The notes beneath the pieces were generated by a model. That model was not told the origin of the DNA and did not search any database. It saw only the letters and a program-made list of their open reading frames with translations. A stretch of 60,942 nt of DNA from Pirellulales bacterium (lineage in GTDB: Bacteria; Planctomycetota; Planctomycetia; Pirellulales; PLA5). Position numbers and translations under genes: made by a program. Of the stretch, positions 52,733-60,942 are shown piece after piece; the first letter of the stretch is position 1; the number at the start of each line of letters is the position of its first letter. The stretch spans positions 1 to 60,942 of the forward strand of contig JBBDYI010000377.1 in the NCBI GenBank assembly GCA_040901705.1, given 5' to 3'.

Positions 52733-54613
52733 CTATAGCGTGAGCAAGTAAGCGATCAAATCTTCCCGCTCCGTGGCCGATAGCTCGCCTTCGCCGGTGA
52801 CTTTCGCCGGGTCGTGCGGGCCGGTCAGGAGCTTTTCCAGCGTGCGGACGCGGCCGTCGTGCAACAGGCGGATGCGGCGCTGCACGTCGACGAGCGACGG
52901 CGTGTTGAATCCCCGGTAGCGGTCGCTCTTGCGGCCCAGGCCGACGTCGTGAATCTCGCCGTCGGTCGTAAGCGGACCGCTGTGACAGTTGGCGCACCCG
53001 GCCTTGGCGGAATGAAACACGGCCTCGCCGCGCCGTGCGGCCTCGGACAGCTTCCCATCGGCGCTACGATGAGGATTCGGCATGGGGCGGAGCGTGTTGA
53101 GGTAGGCGATTACGTTCGCCGTTTCTTCGTCCGTTGGCTTGGACCCGCGCATCGTGGTGACGAACGAGTTGGCGATCGATTCGGGCAGGTCGTCTCGCGA
53201 GCCGTGCCAGGTCCAGGGGCCGGTGTCGGCGACGTTGCACAGTGACGGCACCGACTTATAAGTGCCGGACGAGCCGTCGTTGAACGTGTCGATCGTTTCG
53301 GCGTTCGGCCCGCCGTCGAAGTGACACGTGTGGCAACTATACCAATTCTCCAGGCAGCGATTGGCGTCGTGAAACAGGGCGAAGCCGCGGCGCTCGGCCG
53401 TTTGCGGTTCGGGCGAACCGCCGAGGGCGATTTCCGTGGTGACTTTGCTCGTGTCGAGGTCGACGATTTGCACGCTGTTGCGAAGGTAGTTCGCCGCGTA
53501 GACCTTGGTGGCATCGCGCGAAAAGCGAACGCCCATCGGCCGGCCGCCGAGGGGAATGCGGGCGAAGCGGTCGCGGTCCGCCGCCAATTCGCGGTCCATG
53601 TGTTCGCTGCCGCCAATGCCGATCCAGGGCAGGTCGCTTGCCCGGAGGACCAACAACTCGTGCGTGCCGCCGGCGGCGACCACCGCTCGTTTGCCGTCGG
53701 CGGAAAGCGCGAAGCCATGCACGTCGGCGACGGCGTCGCGGCGCGGGTCGAGCGACAAGCCGCTCGGCTCCGTCTGCTCGTCGAACGACACTGTGCCCAA
53801 GCGGCTGGCCATGACCCAACCGAGTCGAATGCTGCCGGGCGAGGTTTCCCGCTCGCCGTAGAACGTCCAAGGAAAACAGACCGCGCGGCCGTCGGCCGAG
53901 AGCGTCATGTGGCCGATGTTGAGGCCGTCGAACGTTTTGCTAAAGAGAACTTTTCGCTCGCCCGTGTCGACCATCCAAATCCCGCCGCCGCCGCTACACG
54001 CCACGGCCAGCCGATCGCCGTTGGGCGACAGGCACAGATACCGCGGCCAGCGACCGACGGCAATCTCGCCGGTTTTCTTGCGTTCGACCAAATCGACGAC
54101 GGCGACCTTGTCTTCGGCGGTGAGCGCGACGAACGCGGTGTGGCCGTCGGGCGAAACCGCGATGCCGCGCGGTTCGTAGCCGACCTCGATCGTGGCGACG
54201 AGCTTCAGTCGGCCGTCGGCGACCTCGAACAGCGTCACGCGCTTCGACCGCGCGGCGGAAACGAGCACGTGCTTGCCATCGGGCAACAGCGCCGCAGCGC
54301 TGGGCAACTCGCCCACCGGTTGCTCGTCGAGTAGGCGGCGGCCGTTCTCATTGCCGGTCGAAGACAGGTCGACAAGCGAAATTGTGCCGGACGTTGCGTT
54401 TACCGTGACGGCCCAAGATTCGTCGAGCGCGACGACGACATCGACCGGGGAACGATCCATATCAGCTGTGGGCGACGAATCGGATTGGTCGACGGCCAGC
54501 GCGGGCGGCAAATCCTGGTCCACATTGCGAGCTGCGTCCCGCGGGACCAGCAAGGTGCACGCCACGGGAACGAGCAGCCACGGCCACAGACCAACGTTCT
54601 TGAACGACAGCAT
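52733..54613 (-). CDS. YncE/YVTN beta-propeller plus di-heme cytochrome c (cytochrome c peroxidase-like)
   Basis: VGYEPRGIAVSPDG-type blades; CHTCH and CANCH heme motifs; TPSL..HDGR. Confidence 0.85.
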   Translation of the reverse strand: MLSFKNVGLWPWLLVPVACTLLVPRDAARNVDQDLPPALAVDQSDSSPTADMDRSPVDVVVALDESWAVTVNATSGTISLVDLSSTGNENGRRLLDEQPVGELPSAAALLPDGKHVLVSAARSKRVTLFEVADGRLKLVATIEVGYEPRGIAVSPDGHTAFVALTAEDKVAVVDLVERKKTGEIAVGRWPRYLCLSPNGDRLAVACSGGGGIWMVDTGERKVLFSKTFDGLNIGHMTLSADGRAVCFPWTFYGERETSPGSIRLGWVMASRLGTVSFDEQTEPSGLSLDPRRDAVADVHGFALSADGKRAVVAAGGTHELLVLRASDLPWIGIGGSEHMDRELAADRDRFARIPLGGRPMGVRFSRDATKVYAANYLRNSVQIVDLDTSKVTTEIALGGSPEPQTAERRGFALFHDANRCLENWYSCHTCHFDGGPNAETIDTFNDGSSGTYKSVPSLCNVADTGPWTWHGSRDDLPESIANSFVTTMRGSKPTDEETANVIAYLNTLRPMPNPHRSADGKLSEAARRGEAVFHSAKAGCANCHSGPLTTDGEIHDVGLGRKSDRYRGFNTPSLVDVQRRIRLLHDGRVRTLEKLLTGPHDPAKVTGEGELSATEREDLIAYLLTL

Positions 54614-54725
54614 GGCGAAATAGATTTCGATTCGAAGGAATTCGCGTCGCCACCGGCGACCCCCACGCGACAGGAATATGATAATCGCCCGACGTCGGCC
54701 TGGCGAGGCGAATGACGAGGCCTCA

Positions 54726-54844
54726 GAGGTTGTGAAAGAATCGAACATGAACAAGTCCAACCGCAACCTGTAGGGTGCTCTGTGAGCACCTTGGCACAAC
54801 GCTTTGTGGTGCTCACAGAGCACCCTACATTCATTCACAACCTC
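54726..54844. mobile_element. 119-bp MITE containing REP type B doublet (copy 2, inverted)
   Basis: Reverse complement of 46071-46189 with two substitutions; TCA on both flanks. Confidence 0.8.
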
Positions 54845-54938
54845 TCAGCATTGGTCCGCGGTTGCCAGCTTCCGTTGAGCAGCCCATGATGGACGAATCG
54901 GCATTCGATAGCAACGCAGCGCAACTCGGGAGTGATTC

Positions 54939-56201
54939 ATGTTCGACCGACGAACGTTCTTGAAGGCTAGTGCGGCGGCCGGCGCGTTTGGCGTCCTCGC
55001 TGGGCGACCGGCGTTCTCGGCGGACGAAGATGCGGCTGACGGCGCAACCAACGGCAACCCATTCCAACTTTCGCTGGAAGCACCGACGCGGCTGTTCGAT
55101 GGCAAGCGGTGCTGGTGTCATCCGCGGGCGGGGATTGTGCCCGGAGCGGGAAAGGACGGCGGGCCGCGGGCGGTGATGACGCTCAACACGCTCGATTTGG
55201 CCGGCAGCGACGTGTTCAAGGGCGTGTTCAGCATGGAGACCGACGACCTGGGCCTCACGTGGACCGAGCCGGTGGAGAGCCGCGAACTCGCGCCGCGGTT
55301 CGAGACGATCGACGGCGAGCGGCGGCCGGTGGCGGCGAGCGATCTGTGGCCCGCCTGGCACGCGGCGAGCAAGACGTTGTTGGTCATCGGGCACACGGTG
55401 GTTTACACGCCGGACTGGAAAGTCGCGCGGCCGCGGCCGCGGCACACGGCTTACGCCACGTACGACGCCGACAATCGCCGCTGGCGACCGTGGCGCAAGC
55501 TGGAGATGCCGGCCGGGGCGAAATATCACGACGCCGGTTCGGGCTGCGTGCAGCGTTACGATTTGGACGGCGGCGAGATTCTTCTGCCGTTCTACTTTCG
55601 GCCGAACGACGGCAGTTCGCGCGTCGCGGTGGCCCGTTGTTCGTTCGACGGCGAAACGCTGAAGTTCATCGAGCACGGCAACGAGTTGTCGGTGAAGGAC
55701 AAGACGCGCGGCTTGCACGAGCCGTCGCTGGCCCGCTGGGGCGGCGAGTTTTTTCTCACCATTCGCAACGACGACCTGGCCTACGTGACGCGGAGCCGCG
55801 ACGGGCAACAGTTCGCGCCGATTCGGCCGTGGACGTTCGACGACGGCGAGCCGCTGGGCAGCTACAACACGCAACAGCATTGGGTCGTGCATCGCGACGC
55901 CCTGTATCTCGTCTATACGCGGCGCGGCGCGAACAACGATCACATTTTCCGCCACCGTGCGCCGCTGTTCATCGCTCGCGTCGATACGAAGCGACTGCGT
56001 GTGCTGCGTGAGACCGAGCGCGTGCTCGTGCCGGAACGCGGGCCACGGATGGGCAATTTCGGCGTCACCAACGTCAACGAGAACGAGACTTGGGTAACGG
56101 TCGCCGAATGGATGCAGCCCAATGGCGTCGAAAAACGCGGCGCGGACGGGAGCGTATTTGTGGCGAGGATTGGCTGGGCGCGACCGAATCGGCCGGCATG
56201 A
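54939..56201 (+). CDS. Tat-exported sialidase/BNR-repeat protein
   Basis: DRRTFLK twin-arginine signal; Asp-boxes TDDLGLTW and SRDGQQF; GLHEPSL. Confidence 0.82.
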   Translation: MFDRRTFLKASAAAGAFGVLAGRPAFSADEDAADGATNGNPFQLSLEAPTRLFDGKRCWCHPRAGIVPGAGKDGGPRAVMTLNTLDLAGSDVFKGVFSMETDDLGLTWTEPVESRELAPRFETIDGERRPVAASDLWPAWHAASKTLLVIGHTVVYTPDWKVARPRPRHTAYATYDADNRRWRPWRKLEMPAGAKYHDAGSGCVQRYDLDGGEILLPFYFRPNDGSSRVAVARCSFDGETLKFIEHGNELSVKDKTRGLHEPSLARWGGEFFLTIRNDDLAYVTRSRDGQQFAPIRPWTFDDGEPLGSYNTQQHWVVHRDALYLVYTRRGANNDHIFRHRAPLFIARVDTKRLRVLRETERVLVPERGPRMGNFGVTNVNENETWVTVAEWMQPNGVEKRGADGSVFVARIGWARPNRPA

Positions 56202-56249
56202 CGACGCCGATCGAAATGCGGACTAATCGAAATGCGGCAGCCGGCGGGC

Positions 56250-59200
56250 TTAGCGGTCGCTGTGCATCCAATCGAGCAGCGCCGTGTCGCGGACGGCTCG
56301 GCTTGCCGTTCTGCGGGCGCGAAGCGTGCTGGATTCGGCGTCGGTCGCAGCGGACGCATCGGCACGGGCTTCGGCTCGTGTAATGATCCGCCGCGCCTCG
56401 GGCGTTGCATTCGCTCGCCGCGCTCGCGCGATGCGCGGTTTTAACTCGTTCGACGTGCCTGAGCGCGAAATTCCGGCGACGATCGCTTCGGCGGCGGCGC
56501 TTGGCGAACCGCCGGGTGTTGGCGTGCCGGGCGGCAGCGACGTCGTTTGGAAATCGCGGACCAGCACCAGGTCCGTGGCGTTGACGAGGCCGTTGCCGTC
56601 GACGTCCTGACGAGGATCGTACTGAGCATGGCCGAGGCCGCGGAACTGGCTCGCGCGGTTCGCTTGCACGTCGGCCGCCGTCACCGCTCCAGAGGCGTTC
56701 ACGTCGCCGGGCAGGATGTCGAAGCGGAAGCGGAAGTCGCCGCCGGGCGTGCCGTTTCCGGAGTACGTACTCGCGGCGTCGGTCCATTCACCGTCGAGCG
56801 TCGCGCCGAGCGCGTCGGTCATCGTGCCGGCCAGTCCCACGAGCAGTTTGTCGGCCGCGAATGGCTGGTTGAACGTCCACGTGGCGGTCCGCGACGCGGC
56901 GTCGTAGCTTAAGCCGCCGGGGGCGAGGCCGACCGACGCAACGTAATCGGCGACGTTCACGCCCCACAACCGCAAGTCACCCGCCGACACGTTCATATCG
57001 TCGGAGAAAGCGATCTTGATCTGGTCGAGGTTCGTCCACGACACGGCGTCGAGTTGGGCCGCGCCGCGGGCGAGCGAGACTCCGCCCGACCCGAGGCCGG
57101 CCGCTTCGAGGGCGGCGAGATAGGCCGGCGACCAGGCCGAGGAGGACGCCAGGACGTCGACGACGAAGGGGGATTCGTTGGGCGGCGTGCCGGGCGAGAC
57201 GATGGATAGTCCGCCGTCGGCCACGTCGCCGATGCGGCGGAAGGCGTCGTCGAACGAGACATACGTGCCGGGTGCGGCAAACAGTTCGAGTTGGGCCGCG
57301 CCGCCGCGCTCGAAGAACACGAGTTCGAAGGAATGCTCGCCCTCGGCGAGGTTGACCGTGCCGAAACGGTCGATGCGCGATGCGCCAGAGTCGGCGGAGA
57401 AGACCGGCACGCCGTCGATCACAATACGATCGCCGTCGTCGCTGACTGCGCCGCCGGCGACGATTTCGAGGTCGAAACCGAGGTCGCTGCTCGTGGCGTT
57501 TACTTGATGCACTTCGGCAGCGATCGTGTTGACGCCGTCGACGAGCAGGGACGGATCGACGTCGAACTCCCAGAAGGTGGTTTCGTCCGCGCCGCCGACG
57601 GTGATCGTGGCGGAATCGTTGTAGGCGGCGTTTGCGTTTAGGCCGTCGCGGACGACTTCCGTGCCGTTGAGGTACACGGCCACGCCGTCGTCGCGCTCGA
57701 CGAGGAATTTGAGCGTGGCGAACTGCGAGGCATCGGCGAGGTCGAGCGTGGTGCGAAAATAGGTCGTGACGTACTTGTTGTTCCCGTCGCCGCCGAAATC
57801 GATCAGCGTCGTCTGGTTGTTGTCGCCGTAGCCGAACTTGGCCGGGCCGGACGCCCAGGTGGAATCGTCAAAGCCAGGCAGTCGCCATAGGTTGCTCTGA
57901 TTGGTGCCGTTGTCGAGATACTTCCACGTCGAGCCGCGGGGCATGATCACCGATCCGGACGGCGACGTGGGCGGAATCTCCGTGTCGCCGATCAGCGAAA
58001 GATCGAACGAGATGTCACTGCTGCCGCCGCTGCCCTGGTGAATCTCGACCGCCAGCACGTTACTGCCGGCGACGAGCAAGTTCGTCGGCACGGTGAAGGG
58101 CAGGAAGGTCGTGCCGTCGTCGCCGGCCGTGGCGGAAGCATACGTATTGTAGAGCGCGCCGGAGGCGACGTTGTCGCGGGCGATCTCCGTGCCGTTGAGA
58201 TAGACCACCGCGCCGTCGTCGCGCTTGAGCTGCATCGAGAACGCGACGATCGCGGCCGGATTGGCCACGTTGAACGTTTTGCGGAAGTACGTGGTGGCGT
58301 ATTTGTTGCCGGAATCGGATCCGAAGCCGACGAGCGTCGTCTCGTCTCCGTCGCCGTAACCCAACTCCGCCGCGCCGCTGCTCCACGTGCTGTCGTCGAA
58401 GCCGCCGGTTCGCCAGGCCGTTCCCTGATCGGTGCCGTTGTCTAGGTACTTCCACGTGTCGCCGGTCGAAACGAACGTGAGTTGCGGGCCGATGATGCCC
58501 GTGGCGAACGTCCACGGCCCGGCCTGGCCTTCGGGAATCGTGATCGTGCCCGTCGCGCGGACGGCGAAGTCGTTGTCGTTGCCGAGGTGATTGTTTGGGA
58601 ACGGAGCGTTGCCGGGGAAGCGGCCCGTGTCGGCCGCGCCGTCGTCGTCTTTGTAATCGATGACGATCGGGCTGCCGGTGGCTTCGCTGGCAATGCCGGG
58701 ATTGCCGCTCGGCAATCCCAGTAGCGCATCGGCGGCCGCGAGGTTCGGCACTTGACTGCCGGCCGCGGAAACGTGCCGCACGGCGAAATGTTCGAGCAAG
58801 CCGGAGAGCACGAACGAGTGGACCGAGTTCGGCGCGAGCGGATTGCCGGACGTGCCGACAATGTTGCGAATCGTCAAATCATGGGGCACCGCGTCGGCGA
58901 TGGACGTCGTCGTCAGCAGCACCGTTCTGCCATTGCCGCCGAGCGACGCGCCGACCACGCGGGCGGCGTCGATCGAGTAGTTCGCCAGGTTCTCGGCCGT
59001 GGCTTGAGTGACCGTTTCGCTGAACACGACGCGGACGGTGTGCTCGCGCGGAGCAACGACCGACGTGGCCGCCATGATCACGAGCGGCGGCGTGGCGGTG
59101 CTTCTCACGCTTTCGGCCAGATCGAGATTGACCGACGAGACTTCGTAGACGTATGCAATGCCCGGCGAAACGCTCGCGTCGCTGAAGGCGTTGGTCGCAG

Positions 59201-60942
59201 ACGTGCCGATTAGTTCGCCGTTGCGATAAATGTTGTATCGCAGCACGGCGCTTTGCGGATCGACCGAGGCGATCCACGACAGGTCGACCTGAGTCGGCCC
59301 GGCGATGTCCGCGGTGACGCCGGCGGGGACGCTGGGTGGAGACGTGTCGAAGAACGTGTTGACACGGCCGCTCGTGCCGCCGATCGTGCTCGGCAGCCAA
59401 TTGATCGGCTCGTTCCCATAGTCGAGAACGGTAAAACGCGAAAGCGAAGCACCGCCGCCGTCGGGCAGCGTCGGCCAAGGGGCATCGTCGTCGTAGCTGA
59501 CGTGGTCCGCCACGACGTAAGGCACGCCGGCGACGACGGGCGCCGCGGGCCGCAACAAATCGATCGCCTCGCCGCCGTTGTCGAGATTGCCGGAGAACTG
59601 GTAGATCGCCACCGATTCGCTCACACCATAGCGCGAGCGGAACGTGCCGGGATTGATGTTCGTGACCAGCGCGTATCCGCCGGCCGCGATCGTTGCGCCG
59701 GGCGGGAAGCTGAAGCCGCCGATGCCGGAAATTCGCCACGTGTTCGACGGATTGGCCGGATCGAACAGCGACGCGGCCGAGGCACCGGTGTTGTACAACT
59801 CGATGTACTCGTCCTCGTTGAGCGGATCGGCTTCGTTGCGAGGATGGTACATGATCTCGTTGATCACCACGGGACCGACGACGACCGGAGCGTTGTCGCT
59901 GCCCAGCGTCGGCGTGGCGAGCGTGACGAAATCGACGTCGCCGCTGCTGTTGACGACGCGGCCGAGCGTGGTATCCGGATCGGCGCCGCCGTAGCCGCGC
60001 GAAGCGCGGAAACCGAGCAAGTCGCCGCCCGCGTTGGCCGCTTGCACGATCAGCCGTCCGCCGAGTTCCGATAGATCGAACGCCGGGCTAAGCTCGGTCG
60101 TGCCGACGACCAGGTAGCCGCCAGCGGGCACGAGCGTCGATTTCGTAAAGCGGTACTTGCGGACGTTGGCCTCGTCGTCGCTGACGTACCAGTTGACGAG
60201 ATTGATCGGCGCGGCGCTCATATTGCGCAATTCGAGCCGGTCGCCGGCCGGGTTGGCGGTGTTCGTAAGCGCTTCGGAAATGATGATCGCGCCGTCGGCG
60301 GGCGCGAGTCCGGCGTCCGATGTGCCCGGCGAACCATGCTCGAAGTCGCTGGTCCGCCACGACGACGCGAGGCTATCGTCGGCGAGCGAATTCGAGGCAT
60401 CGACCGCCACGAGCGAGAAACCGAGGCCGTCGGTCAGTTCGTACCAGTTGTCGCGATAGGAGAAATCTTCGACAACGTTGTCGAACGGGCCTTTTAGCAC
60501 GACGCGCTCGCCGCCGTTGTCGAGTTGGAAGTCGAGCGCCGGAATCGCGCTGCCGTATTGACCGACCGGCGTAATGCCGCCGCCGTAACGCGCGTTAAAC
60601 GCCGCGGTGTTGCGAGCGACGACGGCCCGCTGGCCCGGTTGGAGCGTGACGCTGCCGAAAGTGAATTCGACGCCGCTGGTGAATTTGTAGCCGGCGAGGT
60701 TGAGCGGCCGATCGCGGATGTTTTGGACTTCGATGAATTCGAAATCGTCGGCCGAGGCGAAACCGGCGGTGATTTCCGCGGCCGTCGGCGGAGCTGGGTT
60801 GAAGTGAATCTCGCTCACCGCCAGCGGCAGCGGATCGGTGAAGTAATCGCCGGTCGTGGGACCGCTCCAGGTGCTGCCGTCGAGCTGCGTGGCGCTTTTG
60901 GAGCGGACGGTGATGCGGGTGTTGTCGTCAATCGTGATCGGG
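56250..60942 (-). CDS. Giant surface protein (5'-truncated by window): lamin-tail domains, Fn3, PA14-like, jelly-roll repeats, dockerin-like
   Basis: Frame stays open to the window edge; SEIHFNP/INEIMYHP, YNIYRNG (Fn3), SDDG (PA14), GDVNASG/DVDGNGLVN. Confidence 0.88.
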   Translation of the reverse strand, partial: PITIDDNTRITVRSKSATQLDGSTWSGPTTGDYFTDPLPLAVSEIHFNPAPPTAAEITAGFASADDFEFIEVQNIRDRPLNLAGYKFTSGVEFTFGSVTLQPGQRAVVARNTAAFNARYGGGITPVGQYGSAIPALDFQLDNGGERVVLKGPFDNVVEDFSYRDNWYELTDGLGFSLVAVDASNSLADDSLASSWRTSDFEHGSPGTSDAGLAPADGAIIISEALTNTANPAGDRLELRNMSAAPINLVNWYVSDDEANVRKYRFTKSTLVPAGGYLVVGTTELSPAFDLSELGGRLIVQAANAGGDLLGFRASRGYGGADPDTTLGRVVNSSGDVDFVTLATPTLGSDNAPVVVGPVVINEIMYHPRNEADPLNEDEYIELYNTGASAASLFDPANPSNTWRISGIGGFSFPPGATIAAGGYALVTNINPGTFRSRYGVSESVAIYQFSGNLDNGGEAIDLLRPAAPVVAGVPYVVADHVSYDDDAPWPTLPDGGGASLSRFTVLDYGNEPINWLPSTIGGTSGRVNTFFDTSPPSVPAGVTADIAGPTQVDLSWIASVDPQSAVLRYNIYRNGELIGTSATNAFSDASVSPGIAYVYEVSSVNLDLAESVRSTATPPLVIMAATSVVAPREHTVRVVFSETVTQATAENLANYSIDAARVVGASLGGNGRTVLLTTTSIADAVPHDLTIRNIVGTSGNPLAPNSVHSFVLSGLLEHFAVRHVSAAGSQVPNLAAADALLGLPSGNPGIASEATGSPIVIDYKDDDGAADTGRFPGNAPFPNNHLGNDNDFAVRATGTITIPEGQAGPWTFATGIIGPQLTFVSTGDTWKYLDNGTDQGTAWRTGGFDDSTWSSGAAELGYGDGDETTLVGFGSDSGNKYATTYFRKTFNVANPAAIVAFSMQLKRDDGAVVYLNGTEIARDNVASGALYNTYASATAGDDGTTFLPFTVPTNLLVAGSNVLAVEIHQGSGGSSDISFDLSLIGDTEIPPTSPSGSVIMPRGSTWKYLDNGTNQSNLWRLPGFDDSTWASGPAKFGYGDNNQTTLIDFGGDGNNKYVTTYFRTTLDLADASQFATLKFLVERDDGVAVYLNGTEVVRDGLNANAAYNDSATITVGGADETTFWEFDVDPSLLVDGVNTIAAEVHQVNATSSDLGFDLEIVAGGAVSDDGDRIVIDGVPVFSADSGASRIDRFGTVNLAEGEHSFELVFFERGGAAQLELFAAPGTYVSFDDAFRRIGDVADGGLSIVSPGTPPNESPFVVDVLASSSAWSPAYLAALEAAGLGSGGVSLARGAAQLDAVSWTNLDQIKIAFSDDMNVSAGDLRLWGVNVADYVASVGLAPGGLSYDAASRTATWTFNQPFAADKLLVGLAGTMTDALGATLDGEWTDAASTYSGNGTPGGDFRFRFDILPGDVNASGAVTAADVQANRASQFRGLGHAQYDPRQDVDGNGLVNATDLVLVRDFQTTSLPPGTPTPGGSPSAAAEAIVAGISRSGTSNELKPRIARARRANATPEARRIITRAEARADASAATDAESSTLRARRTASRAVRDTALLDWMHSDR

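Noticed and set aside
54614-54838. N-terminal extension of the cytochrome ORF
   Set aside because: Read-through across the MITE; the ATG at 54613 gives a plausible signal/anchor start.
46071-54844. REP/MITE copies as a CRISPR array
   Set aside because: Inverted and dispersed, with no regular repeat-spacer period and no cas genes.
56210-56237. ATCGAAATGCGG duplicated between convergent genes
   Set aside because: 12-bp local duplication with no further structure.

Overview
GC-rich chromosomal window from a planctomycete (Pirellulales-like; inferred from a Planctomycete-extracellular 'ESLEPRMMLA' motif, PEP-CTERM, lamin-tail/CotH/dockerin surface proteins, and HEAT-repeat and Gfo/Idh/MocA genes). 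About 33 CDSs: housekeeping genes (metH, thrS, tRNA-Ile), a BlaI/BlaR1(M56) pair, an NtrC-type two-component system beside a focA-fdhF / fpr formate module with divergent sigma54 promoters, an nhaR / HPF-Zn-ribbon-TerC cluster, secreted peptidases, a sialidase, a di-heme cytochrome and giant modular surface proteins. No CRISPR array, prophage or intact transposase was seen. The most unusual signals are: (i) a 119-bp TIR-bounded MITE carrying a GTAG-REP doublet, in two near-identical copies; (ii) an in-frame internal RBS+ATG+signal peptide in the BlaR1-like gene, which could yield a second secreted, highly charged protein; (iii) two LamG domains shared in swapped order between neighbouring PEP-CTERM and CotH proteins, each inserted at the same site of a repeated host module; (iv) a ~190-nt multi-stem ncRNA candidate upstream of thrS; (v) a perfect 32-bp copy of a gene's 3' coding sequence placed upstream of the same gene. 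Family assignments come from motif recognition by eye, not database searches.
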